DNA from: Vicugna vicugna
Taxonomy: Eukaryota
Direction of reading: 5' to 3'
Assembly: GCA_013265495.1 (NCBI GenBank)
Contig: MU058781.1
Span: 7,421,009-7,485,008 of the forward strand
Length of the DNA: 64,000 bases
Every line of letters begins with the position of its first letter. Position 1 is the first letter of the stretch. This document shows, piece after piece, positions 53,200 to 64,000 of this stretch. The notes under the pieces are model-generated. The model was not told the DNA's origin. It did no database searches and worked only from the letters and a program-made list of their open reading frames with translations. Position numbers and translations under genes: made by a program.

Positions 53200-53700
53200 T
53201 GTCCTGCAGGGGTGACGTCGGCCATTGGAAAAGGTACAGAGAAGATTCCTTGGACTTTTTTTTTCCAGGCTTTTCACACCATGCCATATATTTAAATAAC
53301 AGGCTGAAATGGGGAGTGATGAGTCTCTCAAGGATATAAATACGGCGCACTCATTAGAAGGCTCATTAAGAACAAAGTGGAGGAAGGGGGCTCTGAGAGC
53401 AGACTCTTACTCTGGTATTTATTAGGACAAAGCACTCTTTTTAATGGGCACCTGAAAAGCTCTCTGCTGCAATTATTATTAGGCATTAGTGCTTTTACTA
53501 ACTTCTTGGGATCAGCTTGCCCTTCTCTCTGCCTCAGCAAACAATTGACAACAGCGTCCTTGTGTTCCAAGCTCCTACGGAGAATTTGTTCTCACTTTTC
53601 TTGCCTTTGCTCAGGAGTCCTGTTCTTCCAGTCAGAGAGGGCATTTGAAAACTGGACCGCCCTTTGGAGCAGTGTAAATTGAAGGACATTGCACTTTTCT
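53200..53700 (+). promoter_or_regulatory. Candidate enhancer or internal promoter
   Basis: TGACGTC at 53213-53219; inverted CCAAT at 53224-53228; TATAAATA at 53335-53342; CTCA+1TT with the A at 53365; several ATTA/TAAT and AACAAAG/AACAAT motifs. Repeat-free. Confidence 0.4.
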
Positions 53701-53784
53701 TGCAAGTCTTCTCTCCTGAATCTCTTCTCTTCCTCCATTTCATGTACAACTCTCTTGCTATCTTTTTCTCTGTCTCCCCTAGGG

Positions 53785-54004
53785 CAGAGTTGGCAGACTT
53801 TTTCTTTAAAGGGTTAGATAATACAGATAGTAAATATTTCAGCCTTTGCAGTCCATGGAGTCTCCTTTGCAACTCTGCTGTTGTAGTGCAAAAGCAGTTA
53901 TATACTATACATGAATGAATGGGTGTGACTGTGTGCCAAGAAAACTTTATAAAAGCAAGTGGTGGGCCATGTTTGGTCCACAGGATGTAGTTTACTAGTC
54001 CCTG
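53785..54004 (+). mobile_element. MER58A hAT-Charlie MITE
   Basis: 'cagagttggcagactttttctttaaaggg...gatagtaaatattt...gaatgggtgtgactgtgtgccaagaaaactttat...gtagtttactagtccctg'. Flanked by ccctaggg / ttctagga. Confidence 0.9.
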
Positions 54005-54084
54005 TTCTAGGAATCTAAAAGAAAAGTTCCCATGGCATTTATAAGGTGAAAGTAGGCATGTAGTATTTCCAAACAGTTTTAACC

Positions 54085-54650
54085 TCATTCAGTGAATGGC
54101 TCATCAACTTTCAATGCCTACTAAATTTTTAATACCTACTATGTGCCAGGCTCTGTGCTAGGTACTGGGAATATGGAAGCATAAAAACCCAAGGAGCTGA
54201 TAGTCTTCTGGGTAACTGGACAGACAAGCAACATGATTGATACATGTTTTTCTTTAATAGATATATGGGCATATGAGACCACAGCTTAAGGGGATGTAAG
54301 ATCTCAGGAGACCTAAAGCATTAAGAAAACTTTACTAGGCAGAGAACATTTTGAGAGGAAACAGCTTGTGAAAATGTACGGCAGCCAAAGGACACATACC
54401 TGTTTCTGGGCCTCCGAGTATGGAGTGTTAACACAGCATCAGAATATGGGCAGGTCTTCCAGAAAGGAGGCAGCAGGGATGGGAGGAAAGAATGTCTAGA
54501 AGAAATAGAGGCTAGGCAGTAGGAAAGTCTTGTGCTCTATGCTACTGTGAAGATTTTATTTTGTAGAACATGGGAGCCACTGAACAGTTTATAGCTCAGG
54601 AAAGCCAGGGTCAGATTTACCTGCTAGCTCACAGGGAGCTGTGTGGGAGC
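54085..54650 (-). mobile_element. L2 3' region
   Basis: 'acctactatgtgccaggctctgtgctaggtactggga', 'tgggagccactgaacagtttt'. Confidence 0.8.
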
Positions 54651-56238
54651 TGCAATTCCATCAGTCCTGGAAGGCTCTGGCTTTTCTCTTGAGCAGCTGT
54701 CAAAATAAGCAAAAGTTCATAGAACTAGGATCTAGAAAACCAGGAGGGCAGTTTAAAATAGCCTGAATATTCTTCCAGTTCACTTTCCATTTCAGGTCCC
54801 TGGGCCAGCTGTGTTGGCCATAGGTATTAAGTGTCTTGTTTGTTTGTTTTGTTTATTTGCTACTGAAAGAAATCGTTTTCCTAGTTCAGTGACAAGAGGA
54901 GGAGAATCACTGGGGCTATTCATTTCAAGATCTATGGCGAACAGCTGCTTCTCAGTGTGATTTGAGGGGTGCTAGGAATGCCTTTGCCCTGAAATACCAT
55001 ACTATCCACCTTCTACAGGACCTAAAATTATATGACTGGAGATTTTACTCTTTTGGGTTGAATATTGCCCTCTCTAGGCAAGGTGGTTTAAAATGCAGAT
55101 AGTCCCAGGAAGAGTCGTACAGTATGTCGGTCATAAACTAGTGTGAATGAGGACATGAGTCTGATGGGGACTCGAGAGAACAGAGACCCCAAGGAGGAGA
55201 CAGGAGGAGGCTTTTAGAATAAGGGAAGGACTACGGAAGCAGGGATAGAGAGAGAGCAGAGGGCAGAGACTAACTGCCTAGTTCTCAGTAACACCAAGGG
55301 CAGCGTAGAGCATAATTAGATGAGGACAAGACATAAAATAGAAACTGATGAATGAATATGGGGAGAAGTGTGTCTTTTTCAGACTCAATGGAATTTTTAC
55401 TGCTCAACAATTCCAGAGTCAATTTGTAAAGCTGTCTGGGAGTGTTCAGTGTGTGAGAGGCAGACACAGAAAGGGGAGGGAGACAATTAGGAGGCTAAAG
55501 ATTCTTTAGACAAGAGATGGGCTGCAAGTGACAACAGAATGACCACCCCCCACCTCCCCGCCCCTTACTTCTGGCATCTCTTATTCTCCCAACAAGCTCC
55601 TGCTTGCTGCTTTGTCTTCTGAATGCAAAACTAGAGTGCATGGGTGAATAAACAAGAGCTCTCTTTGTCAAGGAGAGACAGCGCCCAGTCTCTCAGGACC
55701 TGGTGTGTGTCCCTTTGTGATGCCCATTGATTTGGAGCTGTGAGAGACGCGAGGGCATGGTGCCTAGCTGATGACAGAGCAGAAACTCCAGGGCCACAGA
55801 CTGAGAGTTCTCAGGGGTTGTCCTTCTACCTGTGGCATCGTTGCATGAACTGGAGAAAGGCATTTCTGAAGCTGATAAAGCCCAGAAAACACCTTCAGGC
55901 TTTCTTGATTGATTCATACAAGAGTTAAATATTTAACCGCATTTGCTGCAGACCTACTCTATGTGAAACTCCTGATTAGGTGCCAAGGAGATTCAAAGGG
56001 ACCCGCGTGAATGATTACAACACAAGATAGGTACAGGGAGTGACAGAGAAGTTGCCTTCTGAATACACATGAGGGAGATAGAATGGCCTACATTCCTCAA
56101 CTGTAGAAACAACCCAAGAGACTGTAAAAATTGGAAAGGGTTGGGTTTGTGCGATAACCCGGTGTGCTCCTCGGGGTGGTGTGGGGATCAGCTGAAGGAG
56201 TCCTGATTGGAACGCGAGGTAATAAAGCAGGTTGAAAC

Positions 56239-56800
56239 TGGGGCCAGCTTCATAATTTCCCTGGTCCAGTGCAGAATGAAAGTGTAGGAGCCCTTGTTCA
56301 AAAGTCAGGGAAAGATACACCCTTAAAGGGCCAGGTGACCCTCAAGGGATTGCAGCCTCCACACCAAGACATACTCGGTACCTGAATGGGGGTGAGTAAG
56401 AGCCTCTGCCCATCGTGTCACCTCCCTTGATGTCCTGCCCTGAAACTGCCACTGTGCTGAGGCCCCTGCTGGGGGCAGAGAAGGGGCCTTGGGTGCCAAG
56501 AAATGGGGGTGGCCGTGGTCACCGGGCAGAGGTAGGGAGGGAGAAGCCAGGTGAAACTGGGCACCAGGAGGCAGTGGGTGGGTAGCAGGGAATCGTTCCT
56601 GGAGGCAGCATGAGCCAAGGCTCCAAGCGGGGGCCATGTTCCATTGTCCCACAGGGCTTTGCTTACAAACCATAAATTCGGAGATGCCATTATTAAGAAT
56701 TCCAAGATGGTGACTGCAGAGCATTAAACACCGAGTATAGACCCTTCTGTGTGTGAGATCTTCGTGATTGCCCTGGTAGCCCCCCATGAAGTTGGCCCTG
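56239..56800 (-). mobile_element. MER45-family hAT-Tip100 element with 8-bp TSD
   Basis: Ends 'gggccagcttcataattt...ccagtgcagaatgaaa...cccttgttcaaaa' and 'ttattaagaattccaagatgg...gagcattaaac...catgaagttggccctg'. TSD gttgaaac (56231-56238) / attgaaac (56801-56808). Confidence 0.88.
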
Positions 56801-57044
56801 ATTGAAACCTAGTCAGTGATACTGTATTCAGTCTCAGAAAGAGATTAATTGAGGAGGGTGGTATTTGCAAGGAACCCAGGAAGAGGAGAGTTAAGGAAGC
56901 AAGCATGAGCAGGACTCACGCAGCAGCTTGGAGGGCAGTGAGGTTGAAGTTTGTACTGAAGGGGTGGGATCAGTCACGGGCAGGAGAGTTTCGTCTTTCT
57001 TCACAAAGACTTGGCTGAAGCAGTCCTCTGCTTTGCTGTGATCA

Positions 57045-57550
57045 CACACACATTTTAGAAGAAACTGCTATTTGTCCCTAAACACCCATTCTCTTTTCCT
57101 CCACAGTAATAGTGACTTTTGTTCCACACTTGGTCATCTAGGACAGAGGTGACATTTCTCAGCCTCTCTTGCAACCCCATAGGGCTGTGTGACTAAGATG
57201 TGGTCCTCAGAATGTAAATGGACATTCTCATGTGGCAGCTTGTCGTCTCATCCCTTAAAATAAACTGCACATGCTGTTTGTGTTCTTCCTTTTCCTCCCC
57301 TTCCTCCCTCATGCTAACCTGGGATGTGGACGGAACAGCATCCTTTTAGACCAGGAGGATGCAGGTCACAGCCCGGAGTAGTGAAGAGATGTGTTGAAAG
57401 AGCTGAGGTCCCTGAGGACGTCGTGGGGCAGAGCTTCAGGTCCAGTCCTGAAAGACATGTCTTGTGATGGCATGTCTTTTATATGGGAGAGAAAAGAAAT
57501 TATCTCGTGTAGGGTTTATATTAGGTTACTTAACAAATTCACCTGATTTG
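57045..57550 (+). mobile_element. MLT1I/J-type MaLR LTR
   Basis: 'acatttctcagcctctcttgca...gctgtgtgactaag', 'catccttttagaccaggagg', 'gaggtccctgagga'. Confidence 0.7.
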
Positions 57551-58080
57551 CATAGATTTTGGAGTGGGTGAGAAGAAAGATCAAGTGCACAGTGGAGGAA
57601 GTTTAGATAGGATAATGGCTAGTTCACCCACCACAGCCGGCGGGATTGTACACATGCCAGTTAGTGGGAGGTCTTCTGATTGCTTCAGTGATTTCCAGTG
57701 AAATAGGAAGTGACATCATCAGCCGAGAAAGAGAACAGAGGATGACCTGTTAGGAGACAGAGGAAAGAGGGAATGTCTGAAAGAGCCTGACTAGAGAATG
57801 ATCAGGTGAATGGACCAGGTTGTAGAACGTGCTTGCCCGGCTGCATAGATGTTCACTTTGAAGTTCATGATCAGGAATTTGCATTGAGACCAGTCAATGT
57901 GATGAGCCACGAGGATGGCAGTGCAACTAGTTAGAAAATGTAGTTTTGCCAAGTGAATATGGGTAAGGGAGTTGAGGGGTCGTGCAAGGAAGTGATAACA
58001 ATAGCTAGCCAGGGAATTTAAGTGGAACAGGAAGAAAATGAGGAAACCAAAGGCAAGTGGATAAGGGGAATGGGAAAATC
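57550..58080 (-). mobile_element. L2 fragment
   Basis: 'cttctgattgcttc...cagtgaaataggaag...catcagccgaga'. Confidence 0.6.
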
Positions 58081-58102
58081 AAGTGATTACAAATGTAGGA
58101 CT

Positions 58103-58820
58103 GGCATGAGTACAATCTATAAAAATATCAAGTAACTATGCTGTACACCTGGAACCAACATGGCATTGTGAATCAACTATACTTCAATAAAAAAGGAAAA
58201 TAATAAAGTGACTTATTCTTCTACTCTGTTTGGGTCTTCTTTATATTTTCCAACTCTTTGCTGAAGACTTCGCTCTGTGCATCTATACTTCCCTTGAGTT
58301 CTTTGAACATCTTCACCATCATTACTTTAAACTCTTTCTCAGATAATTGCTTATCTCCTCATCACTTATTTCTTAAAATGACTTAAAAGAGGAAAAAAAA
58401 ATAAAGAGGTGGGACTAGCCAAACTATGGAGGCAGTGAAAAAACATCAGTGGCAGCCAGGGGTTTAGAGTGAGGGAGGAGGGGATGAATGGGAGGTGCAC
58501 AGTGGGGGTTTTAGGGCGGTGAAACTTCTGTGTGATGTAGTAATGGTGGGTACATGACAGTACTCATTTGTCAAAACTCATAGAATGGACAGCAGAAGAA
58601 GTGAGCCCTAGTGTAAACTATGGATTTTAGTTAATAATGAGTTAATACTGGTTTATCAGTTATAGCAAATGTAGCACAACAATGCATGGTGTTAATAGCA
58701 GGGAAGATTAGCGGGGTGTGGCGTGGGTTGTGTGTGAGGCGATCTCTAGGAACTCTCTACTTTTTGCTCAGTTTTTTTCTATAAACTTAAAACTGCTAAA
58801 AAAAAATACTAATTTTTTTT
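58103..58820 (+). mobile_element. Composite L1 insertion: L1MC1-type 3' end carrying nested L1 pieces, 12-bp TSD
   Basis: L1MC-type 'aaactatggaggcagtgaaaa...catttgtcaaaactcatagaa...gtaaactatgga' at ~58420-58810. Younger L1 tail at ~58118-58195. Antisense L1/HAL1-like piece at ~58216-58374. Flanks aaatgtaggact at 58091-58102 and 58821-58832. Confidence 0.75.
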
Positions 58821-60259
58821 AAATGTAGGACTTAATATAATTCTCCATGAGACTAGTTAGTTTTTAACCATTTTCTTCATCTGTGGCAGAAATAAGCCAG
58901 TGCCAGGCTTGTATCAGATGATTAATAGTTAAATGCAGTTTTATCAAATCCACAGTCACTGCCTCTAGATCAAAAAATGAATAGCCATAATGTAGAAAAT
59001 AGATAAGTAAATAAAACATTTTTAAAAAATTATTTTGGGGTTAGGGTGGACACACACTTTCTTGGTACCCAACCAGAAAAACATGTAATTTTAATATTCC
59101 AAGGGAGGAATAGCAAGAGAGGTAGTGAACCTGGACGAAGAATAAATATCCAAGGCTGGTCTCCCTAGACAAGGGGAAAGGTGCTTTAACACCTTCCCCA
59201 GAGCCGCTCCTGTGATCAGTGAGGTACGTGGATCATCATTTCCCTGAGGTCTACAAAGAGAAGGCCCACCCAGGGGCACGTGATCATGAAACTCCACGGC
59301 CCCTTAGTGAAGGGCACTTGCTGCAGTCTTGTCAAATACTGGATGTGCTGCCTCCTCTTGGGAGAATTTAAAGGTGAGATAGTTTTGCTTGCATGGTGAG
59401 GCTGGTTTAAACATCTTCCACAAGGGCTTTAAACACTAACTTCTCTTAAGTTCTTACCTGGCTTAAAATGAAAGAAGAAAAGCCATGGTTGTAATGGCAA
59501 ATAGACTAAACTTTATATAAATAGACCATTGAAAATGCAATCCTTAAGTTACCATAGTATAGTGAAAGGTTTATAGTATACTGAATAAAGTTTAACTGGT
59601 TAAATAGTTTTAGGTACAAATAGCTTGTTCTTTCATAAAATTGTTAAAATATATTTTCTCAAGTATTTGGCCATTGATTCAGAAGTCATTGTATTTTGAA
59701 AATTGAGTGGCGGAGATGATAAATGAACAGACATCAGATGCATATTAAGTTATCTTTGCTGTCCGTACAGGCACCGTACATTAGCAAGACTCATCATTCA
59801 GTTAATTGCCTTTTGCTGCAGGGCACCTCTAATCTCAGAAATACAACGATCATACCCACAGAAAACCAGATAAGCTATTTGGGCCACAGTGTAGAAATAA
59901 GAAATCAGGTTTTCACCTCTGGTGTATATGGGATCACGCTTTGAGGGACCAGCAGATTGCTTCTGTGTTAAATTCTTTTAATGATTGCCATACATTTTAA
60001 AGGAATTACATCAGTGAGAACAAAAAAAGGAAATTCTCCTATTACTGGAGAGAATTTTATTCCTTGTTCATTTCTATTAGATTAACAACCCACTGGGATG
60101 ACATAGGAGACGAGAGATCACAAATTCAGTCTTGCTAAAATGGATCTGGTCTCTAAAGTCCTTGAGGAGAGAACTTGCCCAGTTTTTTCTTTGTGATGAG
60201 ACATTTCAGGAGATACCTAGTAGTCTGATAACCCTTATTTACGTCTCGTCTAATTTCTT

Positions 60260-60510
60260 TTGTTAAGTTGAAGTACAGTTGGTTTACAATGTGTCAATTT
60301 CTGATGTACAGCATTACGTTTCAGTCATACATATACACACAGATATATTCCTTTTCAAACTCTTTTTCACTATAGGATACCACAAGACATTGAATGTAGT
60401 TCCCTGTGCTACACAGTAGAAACCTGTTGCTGATCTATTTTACATATAGTTGTTAGTATCTGCAAATCTCAAATTCCTAGTTTATCCCTTCCCACCCCCT
60501 TTCCCCCCAG
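60260..60510 (-). mobile_element. Young artiodactyl/camelid L1 3' end
   Basis: 'ttgaagtacagttggtttacaatgtgtcaatttctgatgtacagc...gttccctgtgctacacagtag...tatcccttcccaccccc'. TSD ctaatttctt at 60250-60259 and 60523-60532. Confidence 0.85.
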
Positions 60511-63500
60511 TAATTTCTTCAGCTAATTTCTTCACACTGCTGGTTAGTCCATCTGTTCTTCCCTGGCTGTTGAAGGGGAGAGTAGGTTTGTAGTCTCTAA
60601 GTGGGAATGTTGATGTACCTGAAGATTTGTTATTAATCCTCTATTCACATTTCTTTTTCTGGTTTCATAACCTTTATTTGGATTTTGAAAAAATTAAATC
60701 GTCTTTATGGCTTGCTTTATATTGGCTCTCACAGTTTTTTGTATCTGTCTATGCCGTGGCATTCAAAATTCGACCTAAGTTTAGTGGAATAGTAGAAACC
60801 TAGTTCCAGTGTACTGTATCTATTTTTAAACAATAGAGCAAAAGGTTTAGAATGAATAGAACGCTGATGGCTTCTAAAGCTCCTCTTTGCAGTAGTGATA
60901 GTTTTCAGTCATTGATCATTCCTCATCTTTTATTTTGTGTCTTCTGTTTTTATGTATATTTAGTCCATAAATTACTGAAAAACACTCAGACCATTGCTTT
61001 TGGAAAGTCATGTATAATACAAACAACTCCCCTTTATAATTGTGAAATTTAGCGGATCAGCTCCTTATTTCAATATGAGATCTTTGCAGAAAATATGAAA
61101 ATGAATCCCAGAACTTTATTTGTCACGCATCTTTCCATGCAAGTTGGAAGCAATCACAGAACCGCAGATGCACCTCCTGCCCTTTTTAGCGTATTCATTT
61201 AGTCAACAGATAATTGAGTGCATCCAATGTGTCAGACAAAGACTTAGACACAGCCTTTGCTTTTATCAGATGGCTTCCTAAGAAGCATGCTGGAATATTT
61301 TTATAATCTGGGTCATAGGCCAGACATAAAAGATCACAATGTAAAGAGAAGTTTGGTGACTCTGATAAATGGAATACTCCTTTTTAAAAGAGATATATAA
61401 GCTAGTGTTTGTGAATTAGTCGTATTTCTAGCTAGAAAGTAAGCACATGGTGTCAGGACATAGGGTTTTCTTTCACAGATTCTAGTTGTCTTTCAGGCAC
61501 AAAGTTGGTCTTGATCAGACACACTGTTAACTTGTAAGGCGATAGGTTTTAATATTGTGTGTGTGAGAATCTAGTGAAGCTGTGGGTTCTCATTGCAGAA
61601 AAAAAAATGGACTTAAAATTTCAGAGGGTCCTGTACTCTTTGAAGCCTATATATGGACCCTAGGGTAAAAATTACTGGGAGTTCAAGGTCCTTACATTTA
61701 ACCTATGTTCACATCATGCCAGTGGAAAGTGGAGGATCTCTGATATGGGTCACATCCCAAAATGAGGCTTCAAGGACCAATATGGGGTCTCTGTGATAAG
61801 GGGAGAGGTATAATCTTGCAGAAATAGAGAAAATCCATTTCATCTTCCTTCACCCATCAGCGGTAAGGTGAGAGAACAATTGAAGACCAGAATGATGCCC
61901 AGAGGAATCTGTTGCACAGATGGTTGGTCAGACTTGTTTCTGATCTATGTTTAGAGCCAGAGGGAAAGAAGTGGCCTTTGAGATTTATGCATTATTCCAA
62001 CTGGCCCATAAATAAGGTAATGTAAGGAGATTGTGGAGACAAATCTCAAGTCTTTCATTCACTGATCAAATATTCACCAAGTGGCTGCAATGAGCCAACT
62101 CTTGACCCAGGACCCAGGGTCGCAGAAAGCTCAGCTGCCCAGCCCTGTGACTGCCCGGGCAGTGGTGGGGACCCCAGGATGCCTGACCATGGACAGCTCT
62201 GGCATGAGCTCTGTAAATGCTCAATAAGTACTGTTTGGTTGATTAGTTTATTACTTTCCCTGATGAGTTAGTTTTGCTGCAGAATCAGAACAGCTGGGGT
62301 TAATAAAAGAAAAGTTTAGTTTTGAGAGGGGCACAAAGCTACATCTACTAATTATAATAAAATATTAAAAATCTACTTAGGGTAATATAGTTATGAACAT
62401 GAAGTGCATGCTAATGTGAGATTCGTTTTGATGTGAAGCATTTTCAAAATCAGCTATCTATCCTCAGAGTGGCCAGAATAGCAGTCCAGAGACGGACAAG
62501 GAGCATTTCAAATTCAGCAGTATGCTTTCTTATTGGCCCAGGGATGGCAATAACACCAGCAGCAGCTGGTGAGAATCTGGGTCTGTTCTGACTAGATCAT
62601 GCTGCCTGAGAGTCTAATTTTGCCTCAGAAATGGTCTAATTTTGCTCACAGTGGAAAAAGTGGTATATTCCTTCAGTGTCAACAGACCAGATTGCATCTC
62701 CAGTTTGTTTGATGGGAGAACTTGGTTCGGTTCCCAGACATGGCTCTCCTTCATGGATCACTGAATTACGCTAAGTGTTTTGAACAAAGTCAATTTCAAA
62801 ACATACTGCTTTCCTCCCAAACCTTGGAATTTCTCTTCATACCAAAGTTCCAAGAGCTAATGTTTGTAGGAAGAGAACGTCCCACAAATATAAGTAGTTG
62901 GCAGCAGCTTTGTCTCTAAATAGGTAAACCTTAAGAACCCTTCAGGATTTAACGTTTTAGGTTTTTTATGGTGAGTCTTAGATGCTCTCATGTTGTGAAA
63001 TTTATGCAGAGGTATGTGTGTGATAGATCTATAAGCTAGTAGATTAAAAAACATTGTGTTCTTTCTATCAAAAAATATCCTACATTTGGATATTTAATGC
63101 TTTGGCTTTCAGTGAGGAAACACATTTTCTTGATTATGTCCCTTCCTATTTCTTCAGGAAGTAGCAATACGTAAAAGGGCTTATTTCTGCTATTTTTTTA
63201 CTTAAGAATATTTCCAACTGCGAGCCCATTGCCTATTTCTGATTCACTTAGTTTCAAACTCTCTGGTCCTGAGGGACAAGCCATGAAGGAAACCAGGTTG
63301 GAGAATGACCAGAGAAGAACTTGCAGCCTCCTGGAGCCTGGGTCCTTCTGTGAATGAGGAACCCTTTCCTCCCAGCACGCGCTTCTCTGTGCAGCTGCCT
63401 GTGGCTGTGACAGGTCCGGGAACCTTGCTTCAGGCAGACTGCGTCCCACTAAGAACCCGACTTTCTTAAACATGAACCTGGAATGTTTAGTAGATGATGT

Positions 63501-64000
63501 ACCTTCGCTTCCAGTACATCCCCCAGGAGTGCAGGACTGAAGGAGAAGGATGGGGAGAATTGATGAGCAGCTCTGTTTACGCTCTATTGATGGACTGATC
63601 TGTCACACCCGCTTGGAGGTGATCTGAGCTCCTGCCCACACAGAGGGGTCTTGGCAGCGGCTCTAGCACTAACAAGTCTGAGCTGAGCTCAGCTTCAGTC
63701 TGGCTGGAATGTGCAGCTGTGCTACCTGGGTTCTCAGGGAGAACCAGCTGGGGTCTCCCCTCACTGGCCCTTGATCTTGTGGGAAGGGGTGGGGAGGACA
63801 GTAGGGAAGTGATGATCATGCTGAAAGGAAGCCCCATGGGAGATTTTTAGGGAGAAGAGCCTGTTCCTCTTTCCCTTTGCTACATTTTTTCTTTCATCCC
63901 ATCTGGTCCCCAAGTTTCTGGTCCTTTTGCTTTCTCTTTAATTTTTAACAGTCCAAGAAAATGTGGCACTTAGCTGTATTGTGTGATAAATAAAGATTTT

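Noticed and set aside
53534..54088. Longest ORF in the track (184 aa, - strand)
   Set aside because: About 40% of it is antisense MER58A; there is no recognisable domain and no splice context.
56323..56787. 154-aa and overlapping ORFs
   Set aside because: They lie entirely inside the GC-rich MER45 element bounded by a TSD.
1..64000. CRISPR arrays, operons, prokaryotic defence or phage systems, rRNA, miRNA hairpins
   Set aside because: The sequence is mammalian. I saw no regularly spaced repeat-spacer units, gene-dense regions, rRNA motifs or recognisable pre-miRNA; a covariance-model search such as Rfam/Infernal would be needed to exclude small RNAs.

Overview
This is mammalian nuclear DNA, not prokaryotic. 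It is AT-rich, CpG-depleted and densely covered by eutherian repeats: L1, L2, MIR, MaLR/ERVL solo LTRs and hAT/Tigger fossils. A tRNA-derived SINE resembling Vic-1 at 17950-18061 and young L1 3' ends point to a camelid (camel/alpaca/llama). No long ORF is credible; the longest ones in the track sit inside decayed repeats. The younger L1s and the SINE lie almost all on the - strand, which suggests a very large intronic region of a + strand gene. Two + strand exon candidates have strong splice signals (10479-10537 and 23276-23495) and look like 5'UTR/uORF exons or lncRNA exons; I cannot identify the host gene. Several repeat-free, motif-rich blocks look like enhancers, and one (53200-53400) has promoter-like geometry. 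I found no evidence for a novel biological system. The most interesting readable signals are the candidate spliced uORF leader, a twin-primed 5'-inverted L1 with a junction duplication, nested insertions with intact TSDs, and the candidate internal promoter. Repeat subfamily names were recognised by eye from remembered consensus sequences, and boundaries are approximate unless a TSD is given.
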